Shown here piece by piece: positions 17,865-26,514 of a stretch of DNA of 64,000 bases (its first letter is position 1; every line of letters begins with the position of its first letter). Made by a program: the position numbers and the translations under genes. The DNA is taken from the IMG/VR virus record IMGVR_UViG_3300010429_000409, positions 1 to 64,000 of that record; one strand, 5' to 3'. This DNA is from a virus (taxonomy: Duplodnaviria > Caudoviricetes). The notes under the pieces are model-generated. The model did no database searches and was not told where the DNA came from. It saw nothing but the letters and a program-made list of their open reading frames with translations.

Positions 17865-19359
17865 CCGTTGTCACCTCGGGCTCCGCCTCGCCTTCCAACA
17901 CCCTCGATTCTTTGCTTGCCTCTTTGGATTCCTCAACATCAGCTTCCCGGATGAGCATCCTGCTGAAGTCTGTTTCCAACGGTATCTTGACCCTGCTTTC
18001 CCCATCCCTGTACTTGACCAGGAACATGTCCATGCCAACGATTCTACCCTGTGGCTGGGACGTGGCCGTTGATGGCCCCACAGGCGCAATTGGGGGCGCC
18101 TCCGCCTCGGGCTCTGTGTCATCAATTGCTGATGCTCTTGTCCTTGACTTCTTTGGATTTATGGTCACCACAACATCCGCAATACGCTCCTTGTCATAGG
18201 ACTCACTGGCCGCTCCTGTGCGAGTGATCTGCTTTTCCTCCCATTCCTTCCCGGCCTGAGTTGAAGTCCAGATTGGCACGCCTTCCTCTGTTGACAACCC
18301 TTTCAAATCCCAATACACATCAGCCTGTTCAAGACGCATTTGGTCATATTTGGTGTTGCCTCTGATGTGATCGGCAGAGTCGATGATGAGCAGCTGAACC
18401 CGCTTGGGCGCTCCGCCGTTCCCCTTGGCGCCATCAGCCAGTTCTGCGTTTGTTTGTTCCAGCAATTCCCGGATGGCATTCATGTCACAGCGCCTGACCG
18501 GCAGGGACACAATTTTCAGCCTATTCTCCAAGCGCCTCCGCATGCGATTGACTCGAATCGCAATTTCATCCAACTCCTGTGGCGTGAAATCATACGTTTT
18601 GAACTTGCGATGCAACATGCCGATGAACCTGGTGTCATACCTCATGGCTACCTGTGGCGCAGGCATCTCCAGCGACACGTGGAGCACGTAGTTGCCCCTG
18701 ATGACGCCTTGATAACCCAGGTGGTTCAGCGTGATGCTCTTCCCTCGGCCGGTTGACCCAATGACCAGGCCCAACTCCCCGCCTTGCAACCCGTCTATGA
18801 TGTTGTCCAGCCCGGCAATTCCTGTTTTGACGCACACATGCTTTTCCGGATGCATCCGCTTTTGCTTGGATTCCTCCAGCCGGTCGTTGAACTCTTCCAT
18901 CCACCTGATACAATGGATGCCTCTGGTGGGGAGGGTTCCGCTTGTGCTGACTTGTCGGATCAAGCCCTCAGCCTTGTCGATGTTCCCCTTGGCCAGCTCA
19001 TCAATGGATGCTTCCAGCGTTCCTTGAAGCTCAGAAAACCGGGCAAACCTCTTGACCACATCGAGGCTCGATGCCGCTGTGGTGACCTTGAGCTTGAACA
19101 GCCGCATGGCCACTTCCAGGACGGGCACCTTGTCTTCATCACGTTTGAAATCCCTGTTGGCCCTTTCGAGTAACAGTTTTGGCGTCATCCGCTCACGGTG
19201 CTTGCGCCAATTTTCACGGATGGCATCCCAAATCCACCCGTGTTGCTTGCTGACAAAGTGCTCCCCAATCAGGACGGTGTGCGCTGACCTGATGAAGTCC
19301 TCATCCTGAAGTGCCTTTGCAACAACTTGTTCCTCGAATCCAAGGTCAAATTCGCTCAT
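17857..19359 (-). CDS. dnaB: DnaB-like replicative helicase
   Basis: TGIAGLD, GSTGRGKS, HVSLEM, IIDSADHI, WTSTQ and KYRDG. Confidence 0.9.
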   Translation of the reverse strand: MSEFDLGFEEQVVAKALQDEDFIRSAHTVLIGEHFVSKQHGWIWDAIRENWRKHRERMTPKLLLERANRDFKRDEDKVPVLEVAMRLFKLKVTTAASSLDVVKRFARFSELQGTLEASIDELAKGNIDKAEGLIRQVSTSGTLPTRGIHCIRWMEEFNDRLEESKQKRMHPEKHVCVKTGIAGLDNIIDGLQGGELGLVIGSTGRGKSITLNHLGYQGVIRGNYVLHVSLEMPAPQVAMRYDTRFIGMLHRKFKTYDFTPQELDEIAIRVNRMRRRLENRLKIVSLPVRRCDMNAIRELLEQTNAELADGAKGNGGAPKRVQLLIIDSADHIRGNTKYDQMRLEQADVYWDLKGLSTEEGVPIWTSTQAGKEWEEKQITRTGAASESYDKERIADVVVTINPKKSRTRASAIDDTEPEAEAPPIAPVGPSTATSQPQGRIVGMDMFLVKYRDGESRVKIPLETDFSRMLIREADVEESKEASKESRVLEGEAEPEVTTDA

Positions 19360-20075
19360 GGTTTGTAGCCCATGTCTTTGTTCATGCGCCCGCGCAACTG
19401 CTCACGGAAGTCGCCTGGTTCCATCGTGATGATTCTGTATTTCCCCACAAAAATGGAAGTCAAAGTTGAACCATACAGCGCCTCCAGGGTTTTCATGTTG
19501 GCATTGGCTGCCACGAGGGTCGGAAGCGAATTGTCAAACCGCTCTTTGAGCACCCGTTCCAGCGACAACCGCATGTAGTTGTCCCCGGCCTTGGTCCGCT
19601 CCTTGGCCAGCTCATCAATGACCACAAAGTCGGAGGTCAACATGTAGTTCAGCCTTTCAGCATCCTCCGGCGAGTCAAATGAACGCTTGACCTGCCAATC
19701 AAACTTTGGCATTGATGTGTAGTACGCTGTGAACCCCTGCTCGATGGCCTGGACCAGAACATAGCACAGGAACATGGTTTTGCCCACCCCGTTGTCGCCC
19801 AACAACATCAGCCCATAGCCCTTGGCCCGCGCCCTCCTCAGCTGCTGTGTGTAGGGCAAGATGGACTCGTTGAACACGTCTGTATTGTGTTGCACCTGTT
19901 CCGTGGACACTCCCCAAAAGTCCTTTGGGATGCACGCTTCATACATCGCCACACGTCGGGCCAACCTAGCACGGCACCCGCACGCTGTATCCTTGCCGCC
20001 ACAAGCAGAGCACCTGAACACGATGTCGTGTTTGGACTGGGCTGTGAATTCAGCAACTTCAGCCTCTGTTCTCAT
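19356..20075 (-). CDS. DnaC/IstB-like ATPase (helicase loader)
   Basis: N-terminal CSAC...CGC, GDNGVGKT, VVIDELAKE, ERF...PT; ATG overlaps the upstream stop. Confidence 0.85.
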   Translation of the reverse strand: MRTEAEVAEFTAQSKHDIVFRCSACGGKDTACGCRARLARRVAMYEACIPKDFWGVSTEQVQHNTDVFNESILPYTQQLRRARAKGYGLMLLGDNGVGKTMFLCYVLVQAIEQGFTAYYTSMPKFDWQVKRSFDSPEDAERLNYMLTSDFVVIDELAKERTKAGDNYMRLSLERVLKERFDNSLPTLVAANANMKTLEALYGSTLTSIFVGKYRIITMEPGDFREQLRGRMNKDMGYKP

Positions 20076-21289
20076 TGCGCCTCCGCCTTGGAAAACAGAT
20101 TGGCAACCGCCCAATCAACCAATGGTTTCATCTTGGAGCTGATGAACATGTCGATTCCCCTGGAGATTGTTTCAGCTGCGAATTGGATTGTCAGCAGGCT
20201 CCGGTCGTCATATCGTTGAACGTCAAGGCCAGCCTCCATCAAACCCCTCCGGAGCCTCGGGTCAAGGGTTGACCTTGATGTCCCGAGGTGTTCCATGGAT
20301 TCCTTGGTTGTTCCCCTCTGGAACGCATTGCTGTTGAAGTGCCCATCTTTGAATGCAGACAGCGAGGCCACAGCCTTGTCCACGTTTTGCGGCGAGGCCA
20401 GGAAGGCCATGGTTGGATAGTCCATGTCTGTGAAATCGCTCATGTGGTGGTCCCAGTAGTCTATGAGGTCAGTGGGCGTGATCCCTTTCATGATACAGAG
20501 CACACCCGCTTGGGCCACAAACCGTTCCTCTTGCGGGTGCATCTTGTACCATCTGTCTTTGCTGAACCTGTATCGGCTGTATATTCGCATGAACTCTGAT
20601 TTGATTTTGGCAACCAGCTTCTGGCGTTCCCGGTCAACGGCCCGCTTCTGGAGCACCTCAATCTGCCTCGGGCGCTCCTTGGATTTTGGGTCAAAGCTGA
20701 TTGTTGGCTTCAACCCTGTCTTGTCTGGTTGCAGTTCTTTCCAATTGAAAGGCTTGGGCGGAATCTTTGGCTTGGATTTGTGCTTGCGTTTTTGGGCGAG
20801 GTTCTGTTTGTGCTTGGTGATGGCTTGCTTGAGCTTTGGATTTGCCTTCTTGATCGGCTGGACGGCAGGTGCACCCACTTCCGGGATGGCTGATGGTTCA
20901 GCATCAGCTGTGTGTGTGTGCAGATGCCTGTCGCTTCGCTTCAGGCATCGTGATCCTGCTCCTGCTCCTGTTTCTGTTTCTGAACTCGTTTCTGTCTTAA
21001 TTCTTAAAGCAGTTCCTTCGGAACTGCATGCACAGCCTTCTGAATTTGAATCTTCCAGGGCAGCAAACGGGTCTGAAAGTGACAACCACTTGTGGCGAAT
21101 CTTGGGTGTTTCCGCTGAACTTTTCACTTTTTTCTTGCTAAACCTGTTCAAGATGGCCCCATCTTTTGCATTCAGATGTGTGGATTCCTGGTGGCCATCG
21201 TTACAATTCACAGTAAAGTTGGAAAGATTGGAGTCATTTTCTGCATTCAGTTGTGTTCTTTTCGCTCCGCTCTTTTCAAACTCGGCCAT
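20072..21289 (-). CDS. hypothetical protein, putative replication initiator
   Basis: Directly upstream of DnaC/DnaB; low-complexity TETSSETET and Lys-rich linker followed by a helical C-domain; GGAGG RBS. Function is inferred from position only. Confidence 0.5.
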   Translation of the reverse strand: MAEFEKSGAKRTQLNAENDSNLSNFTVNCNDGHQESTHLNAKDGAILNRFSKKKVKSSAETPKIRHKWLSLSDPFAALEDSNSEGCACSSEGTALRIKTETSSETETGAGAGSRCLKRSDRHLHTHTADAEPSAIPEVGAPAVQPIKKANPKLKQAITKHKQNLAQKRKHKSKPKIPPKPFNWKELQPDKTGLKPTISFDPKSKERPRQIEVLQKRAVDRERQKLVAKIKSEFMRIYSRYRFSKDRWYKMHPQEERFVAQAGVLCIMKGITPTDLIDYWDHHMSDFTDMDYPTMAFLASPQNVDKAVASLSAFKDGHFNSNAFQRGTTKESMEHLGTSRSTLDPRLRRGLMEAGLDVQRYDDRSLLTIQFAAETISRGIDMFISSKMKPLVDWAVANLFSKAEAQ

Positions 21290-21318
21290 CGGCGCCCTCC
21301 AAAGCCTCGCTGAATGGA

Positions 21319-21807
21319 CTATTCTTTCACATCACTGGTTGGGGAATCCTGGTTGACACGGTGCCCCGCCCTCCAATGCTGCTCGCCCGTGTTTCGATTC
21401 ACATGGTCCGGCATCTTTGGTGCCAGTTCCAAAAATGGGCAATCGCTGCAGTGGCGGTCCAAACCATCCCTGGGCTTGCTCAGCTTCATGATGCGATCAA
21501 ACCCTTCAAGCACACACAACTTCTTGAGCCCGAATTTGGTCAGACTCCTGCCAGGTCCGGAGCCGTTCTTGACAGCGCCCGGAGTGACATCCACATACTG
21601 CTTCAGGCGCAACTCCTGGATGATGTAGCCCATCCTCCCCTCGCTGAACCCCACATTCTTGGCGAACACGGCCCGGCCCACCATGTCGTCATCATCCAGG
21701 GTGTGCATGATGATCCAGACGGAAAAGGCTGAAGGGCTCAGTTCCCGATACGCCTGGGCAATGGGCACCCCGACCACACCGGAATGGGCATTTTCAACTT
21801 TCAACAT
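21319..21807 (-). CDS. winged-HTH-like DNA-binding protein
   Basis: ELSPSAFSVW...FAKNVGFSEGRMGYIIQELRLKQYV pattern; GGAG RBS 9 nt before the ATG at 21807. Confidence 0.6.
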   Translation of the reverse strand: MLKVENAHSGVVGVPIAQAYRELSPSAFSVWIIMHTLDDDDMVGRAVFAKNVGFSEGRMGYIIQELRLKQYVDVTPGAVKNGSGPGRSLTKFGLKKLCVLEGFDRIMKLSKPRDGLDRHCSDCPFLELAPKMPDHVNRNTGEQHWRAGHRVNQDSPTSDVKE

Positions 21808-21820
21808 TTTTGTAATCTCC

Positions 21821-21956
21821 AAAAAAAGAGACACGCTGGCTGGTTGACCACGAGGTAGATCAGGGACAGAATTGCCCCTGGATTCAAACTCTTGGAACCA
21901 GCGTGCCTCAAACTGTATCTGAAAAGGTCTTTCAATTCACACCTCGTGTCAACCAG
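21821..21956 (-). ncRNA. structured 5' leader / candidate attenuator RNA
   Basis: 16-bp closing stem (21840-21856 with 21941-21956), a crossing 12-bp helix (21828-21839 with 21898-21909) followed by U7, and internal hairpins at 21861-21880 and 21920-21934. Confidence 0.55.
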
Positions 21957-21962
21957 GCATCG

Positions 21963-21991
21963 ACGGTAGCCGATCTCACCTCTGAAGTCAA
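21963..21991 (-). promoter_or_regulatory. sigma70-like promoter TTGACT-N17-TACCGT
   Basis: -35 at 21986-21991, -10 at 21963-21968, exact 17-nt spacer; the predicted start falls at the 5' end of the structured leader. Confidence 0.55.
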
Positions 21992-21999
21992 GTGAAATT

Positions 22000-23430
22000 T
22001 TATCCACCATCGGAGTCCATCAGCTTCACAACGAAAGCAGGCTCACTGCGATACACATCCAGGCGTTCCAGCGAGTGCTCCGCAAGGTATGAGTTGGTGT
22101 GATCAATGAAGTCGATGAACACCGCAACATCCTTGCCTTCAAATGGCGTCAGGTTCCGGAACCGTTGGACGGTGGCTTTGACATCCCGGCCTCCGCCTGC
22201 GTTGATGACCGTGTCCACCTCCGGGATGTCCACGCCTTCCCCGAACACTGTGCCCAACAACACTGCCACCCGACCTTCGACAAAGTCAGCAACCCTTTCC
22301 TTCCTGGTTGTTGATTTCGTGTTGCCCACCAACGCCCGGTAGGTCACACCGGAAGCCTCCAAGCCACGGGACAACTCGTCAACCTGGTCCAGCCGGTTGG
22401 TGACAATGAGCACTCGCCTTCCATTGGCCACCAACTGCCGCGCTTGGCGGAGGATGATGCCGTTGCGATGTTGGTTCATCCCGATTCCTCGGGCCACCAT
22501 GGTCTTGGACCACCCGAGGTGGGAAAGGTCAGGCTCATAGACAGGGATCAATCTGATCTCCGGCCGGACCAGGTAGCCAGCTTCAATCAAGTCGCTGGTT
22601 GAAATGTCAATCCGGATTGGTCCGCAGCATGCCTTGAACCAGATGGCCCCGCGCTCCACCTCATTCTTGTCATCAAGGTACACGGTGGCTGACAATCCAA
22701 CCCTGTATGGGGATTCCAAATCCATCAGGACTGCTCGCCATTCCTCGCCCCGAAGGTGGTGGCACTCATCAAAAATGGCCAGTGGATACCGCGTCAGCAG
22801 CGCCTTGTATTCTGGCGCCTTGGCCTTCCTCCGGCCTGTCAAGGTCTGAATCGAGGCCACGGTGACATCTTCCTCTTGCCACTCTTGGTCACCAATGATG
22901 CCTATTGGCCGCAGGAGCAATTCCTTCAGCGCAGCCTGGGTCTGATACAGCAACATCTGGGAGGTCACCAGGAAGATGGCCCGATGCCTCATCTGGTGGA
23001 TGATACGCCCGGCAACCCGAGTCTTGCCACTTCTGGTCGGCATCTTGATGATTCCCAAGCACCGGATGGGCTTGGAGTTCACAACGCTGTCCACAGCCTG
23101 GTCTTGATAGCCTCGCTGCGTCCGATCTGTGTTCCAGTCATATTCGATGTTGCCTTTGGGCCTCGGAACCTGAATCAGCCGGTAGGGTTCCCCCAGCTGC
23201 TCCAACTGGCTCACAATATCATCAATCATTCCGATGGGCGCTCTGAACTGCCTGGTCTTGCTGTTGATGGTGATGAGCCTTTCCCGGCCATCCCAGCGGT
23301 GGTTCTTGAAAGATGGGGTGAAGTGGGCGCCTCTGACATAGTATGATGCCGCACGGCTCAAGGCATTCATTGCCTTCCGGGAAGCACCGAGGATGAGGAT
23401 GTGTCTGTATCCGACCTGTAGAGTCACCAT
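22000..23430 (-). CDS. superfamily 2 DEAD/DEAH helicase (UvsW-like)
   Basis: QRGYQ, MPTRSGKT, IFDECHH, GLSAT, GEGVDIP and QRFR. Confidence 0.92.
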   Translation of the reverse strand: MVTLQVGYRHILILGASRKAMNALSRAASYYVRGAHFTPSFKNHRWDGRERLITINSKTRQFRAPIGMIDDIVSQLEQLGEPYRLIQVPRPKGNIEYDWNTDRTQRGYQDQAVDSVVNSKPIRCLGIIKMPTRSGKTRVAGRIIHQMRHRAIFLVTSQMLLYQTQAALKELLLRPIGIIGDQEWQEEDVTVASIQTLTGRRKAKAPEYKALLTRYPLAIFDECHHLRGEEWRAVLMDLESPYRVGLSATVYLDDKNEVERGAIWFKACCGPIRIDISTSDLIEAGYLVRPEIRLIPVYEPDLSHLGWSKTMVARGIGMNQHRNGIILRQARQLVANGRRVLIVTNRLDQVDELSRGLEASGVTYRALVGNTKSTTRKERVADFVEGRVAVLLGTVFGEGVDIPEVDTVINAGGGRDVKATVQRFRNLTPFEGKDVAVFIDFIDHTNSYLAEHSLERLDVYRSEPAFVVKLMDSDGG

Positions 23431-23453
23431 TGTCCTAGTATTCCAATGGTGAC
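23423..23453 (-). promoter_or_regulatory. 10-bp hairpin covering the helicase start codon
   Basis: GTCACCATTG (23423-23432) pairs with CAATGGTGAC (23444-23453); 11-nt loop. Confidence 0.45.
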
Positions 23454-23467
23454 CAAGGAAGGCTGAG

Positions 23468-23812
23468 TCACTTGGCCTTGCGCCGCTTCCGCTTCAGCGT
23501 CAAGCGCACATCCTTGAGGGTGGCAATGTCCTTGTCCACCTCGTCATAGAATGCTTTGGCCAGCGCGTCTTGGTTGGTCACCTTGGCCATCAGCTTCTGG
23601 TCGTTGGTGACTGACTTCGGGAGGTCACCCGTGAAAAATTCCTGCTGCGGCATGTCGCCCTCCGTTGATTCCCCCTCGCCTTCGGCCGCAACTTCATCGC
23701 ACTCGGCCTTGGGCTCAATTCCTTCCTCGGGTGTGTCTGCCGCTGGTTCAGGCTTTGATGGCTTGGTGTCCTCTTTGGCAACGCTGTTACGATTGAAAGG
23801 CCACCAAATCAT
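23468..23812 (-). CDS. hypothetical protein (last gene of the lysis region)
   Basis: 114 aa; ATGA-coupled to the upstream gene; acidic middle and basic tail. Confidence 0.6.
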   Translation of the reverse strand: MIWWPFNRNSVAKEDTKPSKPEPAADTPEEGIEPKAECDEVAAEGEGESTEGDMPQQEFFTGDLPKSVTNDQKLMAKVTNQDALAKAFYDEVDKDIATLKDVRLTLKRKRRKAK

Positions 23813-24117
23813 GGTTCCCCTCCATCGTGATTGGGGTTGCTATTGTCATCTGGCTCATCGGGTTCATCACCCGATTCATCATCAGGCTCCGGTTCAGGCG
23901 TGGCTTCCAAATCACGAACCAACTCATGGAGGGTCATCTTCAGCTCAGATGCCAGGATGTGGTATTTGTCCAACATCTTTTCGGCCCGTGCTTCCAGCCG
24001 GGAATACAGCGCATTGACCTGCTTGTCCTTGCGCCATGCAACGATGATGGCAAGGGTGGCCACCAGACCAAGGATGCCTTGCTTGGCCAACTCTGCCAGG
24101 ATGCCTTCCATCACCAT
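23809..24117 (-). CDS. BhlA/UviB-like single-TM holin candidate
   Basis: LAKQGILGLVATLAIIVAW TM followed by a coiled coil; AGGAGG RBS. Confidence 0.5.
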   Translation of the reverse strand: MVMEGILAELAKQGILGLVATLAIIVAWRKDKQVNALYSRLEARAEKMLDKYHILASELKMTLHELVRDLEATPEPEPDDESGDEPDEPDDNSNPNHDGGEP

Positions 24118-24137
24118 TCCCCTTCCTCCTGGAGCAA

Positions 24138-24554
24138 TCAATCCTGCAGCAGTTCATGCGCCCCGTATATGGCCAGCACAGTCACCCCCACGCCGATGAA
24201 GAATCCCAACCACCTGTTGAACTCGGGTCCTTGGTACCAAGGGATTGGCTCTGCCAGCTTTTCCATCTGCTTGTTGTAGTACAGGTCCAGGTCTGCCGTG
24301 AGCTTGGTTTGAATCTTCAACTGGCCTTCCAGGTCCATGACCTTCAGGTCCAGTTCCAGATACTTGGTGAACCGCGCCTCCGGAACCAGGAAGCCATCGA
24401 ATGGCGCTGGGTCGCCTGCCTTGAGCACCACAACCTGTGGCTCTCTGATGGTTGGCTGTGCCTCCGGAGCAGGCGGAACCTCCTGCCCATGGGCCGGTCC
24501 ACACAGGGCCATCAGAATGGCGCCTAGCACAAGGAATGTGGTTGCTTTTTTCAT
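24138..24554 (-). CDS. exported protein with C-terminal membrane anchor (spanin-like candidate)
   Basis: Signal peptide MKKATTFLVLGAILMALCGPAHG, coiled coil, and C-terminal TM WLGFFIGVGVTVLAIYGA. Confidence 0.5.
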   Translation of the reverse strand: MKKATTFLVLGAILMALCGPAHGQEVPPAPEAQPTIREPQVVVLKAGDPAPFDGFLVPEARFTKYLELDLKVMDLEGQLKIQTKLTADLDLYYNKQMEKLAEPIPWYQGPEFNRWLGFFIGVGVTVLAIYGAHELLQD

Positions 24555-24577
24555 CGGAGCCTCCGATCTGGGGTATT

Positions 24578-24901
24578 TTAGCGCGGAGGGTGGCGGTTGG
24601 CATAGTCGGCCAACGCCTGCATGCGCTTGTCCTGGTCAGGAATGCTCTTGATCTTCTCCAACTCTTCCTTGCGCTCTGTCATCTCTTTGTTGTGGGTGGT
24701 CAGAGCCTCGCCAGCGCCGGTCTTGATGGTGTCAGCGCCTTCTTTGGCTTTCTGAAGCACCTCGGGCTTGCCCTTGACAGTGGGGATGAGCCTGCTGATG
24801 ATGAAGATCAAAATGGTGGCCCCGGCGACAATCCAGAGCCACCATTTCTTGAGCCAATCCTTCCAGGTGTTGGCCTTGGGCTCCATGCTCCCCTCAACCA
24901 T
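24578..24901 (-). CDS. i-spanin-like membrane protein
   Basis: WLKKWWLWIVAGATILIFII N-terminal TM followed by a coiled coil, inside the lysis cassette. Confidence 0.5.
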   Translation of the reverse strand: MVEGSMEPKANTWKDWLKKWWLWIVAGATILIFIISRLIPTVKGKPEVLQKAKEGADTIKTGAGEALTTHNKEMTERKEELEKIKSIPDQDKRMQALADYANRHPPR

Positions 24902-25490
24902 CCACCTTCTTGGTCGGGAAGATGGACTGGTGCAGCCCGCTGGAAGTCCAGCCGAACATCAGGCCTGCGATGATGGCCTGGGCAATGGGCACGCCGGTCT
25001 TGATGGAGGCCAGCGCCATCAACCCTGCCCCCAACGCCATCGCCACATATGGCTTGTACTTCTTCAGCCCTTTCTTCTCCAGCCATGCGTTGAGAGGCTT
25101 GATGCGAAGGACAAAGATGAGCAGGTTGAGCAGAGCGATGACGCCTGCCATCCAGCCGTAGGTGCGCCAATCGGACCACACCTTGCCCGTCAGCTTCAGC
25201 AGGTTGTCCATGTCCAGCTCATCGCTGTCGCCAGGCCCTGAAGGGGTGACCGTGCCATCCGGCAGCGTGGTGGTGCCTTCCTCCTTGGGCGCCTCCGCCG
25301 CAGCGTCTGGCTTGGGGGCATCCGTCGCAGCAGGCTGGGCACCGGGCTGAGCCACATCACCCTCGGCCGGAGCCGTCACAACGGCAGCACCAGGCACACC
25401 GCCATCTTGGCCCATGGCCAGGTTGGAACCCAGCACCATCGCCAGGATCACAAACAAGCCCGAGGCCCACAGCAGATTCTTGCGCTTCAT
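24894..25490 (-). CDS. multi-TM membrane protein (holin/antiholin candidate)
   Basis: N-terminal signal/TM, Pro/Ala/acidic linker and three C-terminal hydrophobic segments ending SSGLHQ; start MKRKNLL with GAGGG RBS. Confidence 0.55.
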   Translation of the reverse strand: MKRKNLLWASGLFVILAMVLGSNLAMGQDGGVPGAAVVTAPAEGDVAQPGAQPAATDAPKPDAAAEAPKEEGTTTLPDGTVTPSGPGDSDELDMDNLLKLTGKVWSDWRTYGWMAGVIALLNLLIFVLRIKPLNAWLEKKGLKKYKPYVAMALGAGLMALASIKTGVPIAQAIIAGLMFGWTSSGLHQSIFPTKKVDG

Positions 25491-25509
25491 CTTGTCCCTC
25501 GCTTTCGGG

Positions 25510-26085
25510 TTAGGGTTCTTCATGGCCGATGTCCACAGGGTGGAGCATGGGCATTTCGACCACTCCGGCAGCCGCGCACAGCAGCCCAAGAGGGTCGGTT
25601 GCGGTCAACTTGCCGTTGACCATGGCTCTGGCAGTGAAGTGGAGGTGCGGGCCGGTCGTCACGCCAGTGTTGCCCACCAGCCCGATGATGTCGCCTGCCT
25701 TCCCCTTCATCCCGACCTTGACCTTGAACTCGTTGAGGTGGCAGTAGCCTGTGCGCGGGAAGGCAATGCCTGCGCCCTTGTGCACAAGCACGATGCTGTT
25801 GCCGCCACCGTATCCTCCGGTGCCCTCGTCATTGGGCGGAGGATCAAACCATGCCTTGACACACTCCCAGTCCCAAGGTGCCATGATGGGGGTGTCCACC
25901 GGGGCAGGCATGTCCAGCCCGCCATGGTACACCTGCTTGCCCTTCAGAGGTCCGGCCGGTTGGATGCGCAGGCCGAACATCCAAGCACGGACACCCATCT
26001 GGAACTTCTTGAGCTGGCCTTCCAGAATGGCTTTCTGGTTTGGCAGCACAAGATGCATCGGGATGACCAACGCCTCATCAGCCAT
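25510..26085 (-). CDS. M23 family metallopeptidase (endolysin)
   Basis: HGGLD (HxxxD), YCHL and GNTGVTTGPHLHF (HxH). Confidence 0.92.
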   Translation of the reverse strand: MADEALVIPMHLVLPNQKAILEGQLKKFQMGVRAWMFGLRIQPAGPLKGKQVYHGGLDMPAPVDTPIMAPWDWECVKAWFDPPPNDEGTGGYGGGNSIVLVHKGAGIAFPRTGYCHLNEFKVKVGMKGKAGDIIGLVGNTGVTTGPHLHFTARAMVNGKLTATDPLGLLCAAAGVVEMPMLHPVDIGHEEP

Positions 26086-26488
26086 TGCCGCCCTCCTTGT
26101 CTTGGCCGCCGGTGGAAGCAGGCGGAGCAGCTGGCCCCTCGGGCGCTCCTGGCTTGTTGGGGACCAACCGCAGCTTGCCTTCCTTCTCAGCTTGCAAGTT
26201 GCGTCTGCCTTCCTCCGCAGCCACCAGCAGGTTCACAAACGCTTCCCGCCGTCCGTTCATGCGGTCGATGTCTTTGACTCCAGCCTCAAGCGCAGCCTTC
26301 AGCCGTTGAACGCTCTGGTGCGCCTGGGCAATCTCGTTGCTGAGCATCTTGAACTGCTCAACACACACAGCCTCCAGCCCTTCCGCCTTGATCTTTCCTC
26401 CCAGCAAGGCGTTCATGTATTCATTGATCTCAGCCTCAGACATCTTCAGACCCATCGGACCTTCCATGTTTTCCTCCTGTGCCACCAT
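26078..26488 (-). CDS. coiled-coil protein, possible tail-fibre chaperone
   Basis: 136 aa heptad-rich ORF immediately downstream of the long fibre gene. Confidence 0.45.
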   Translation of the reverse strand: MVAQEENMEGPMGLKMSEAEINEYMNALLGGKIKAEGLEAVCVEQFKMLSNEIAQAHQSVQRLKAALEAGVKDIDRMNGRREAFVNLLVAAEEGRRNLQAEKEGKLRLVPNKPGAPEGPAAPPASTGGQDKEGGNG

Positions 26489-26514
26489 TTTGTGGCCAGT
26501 TGAGTTGATTGGAC

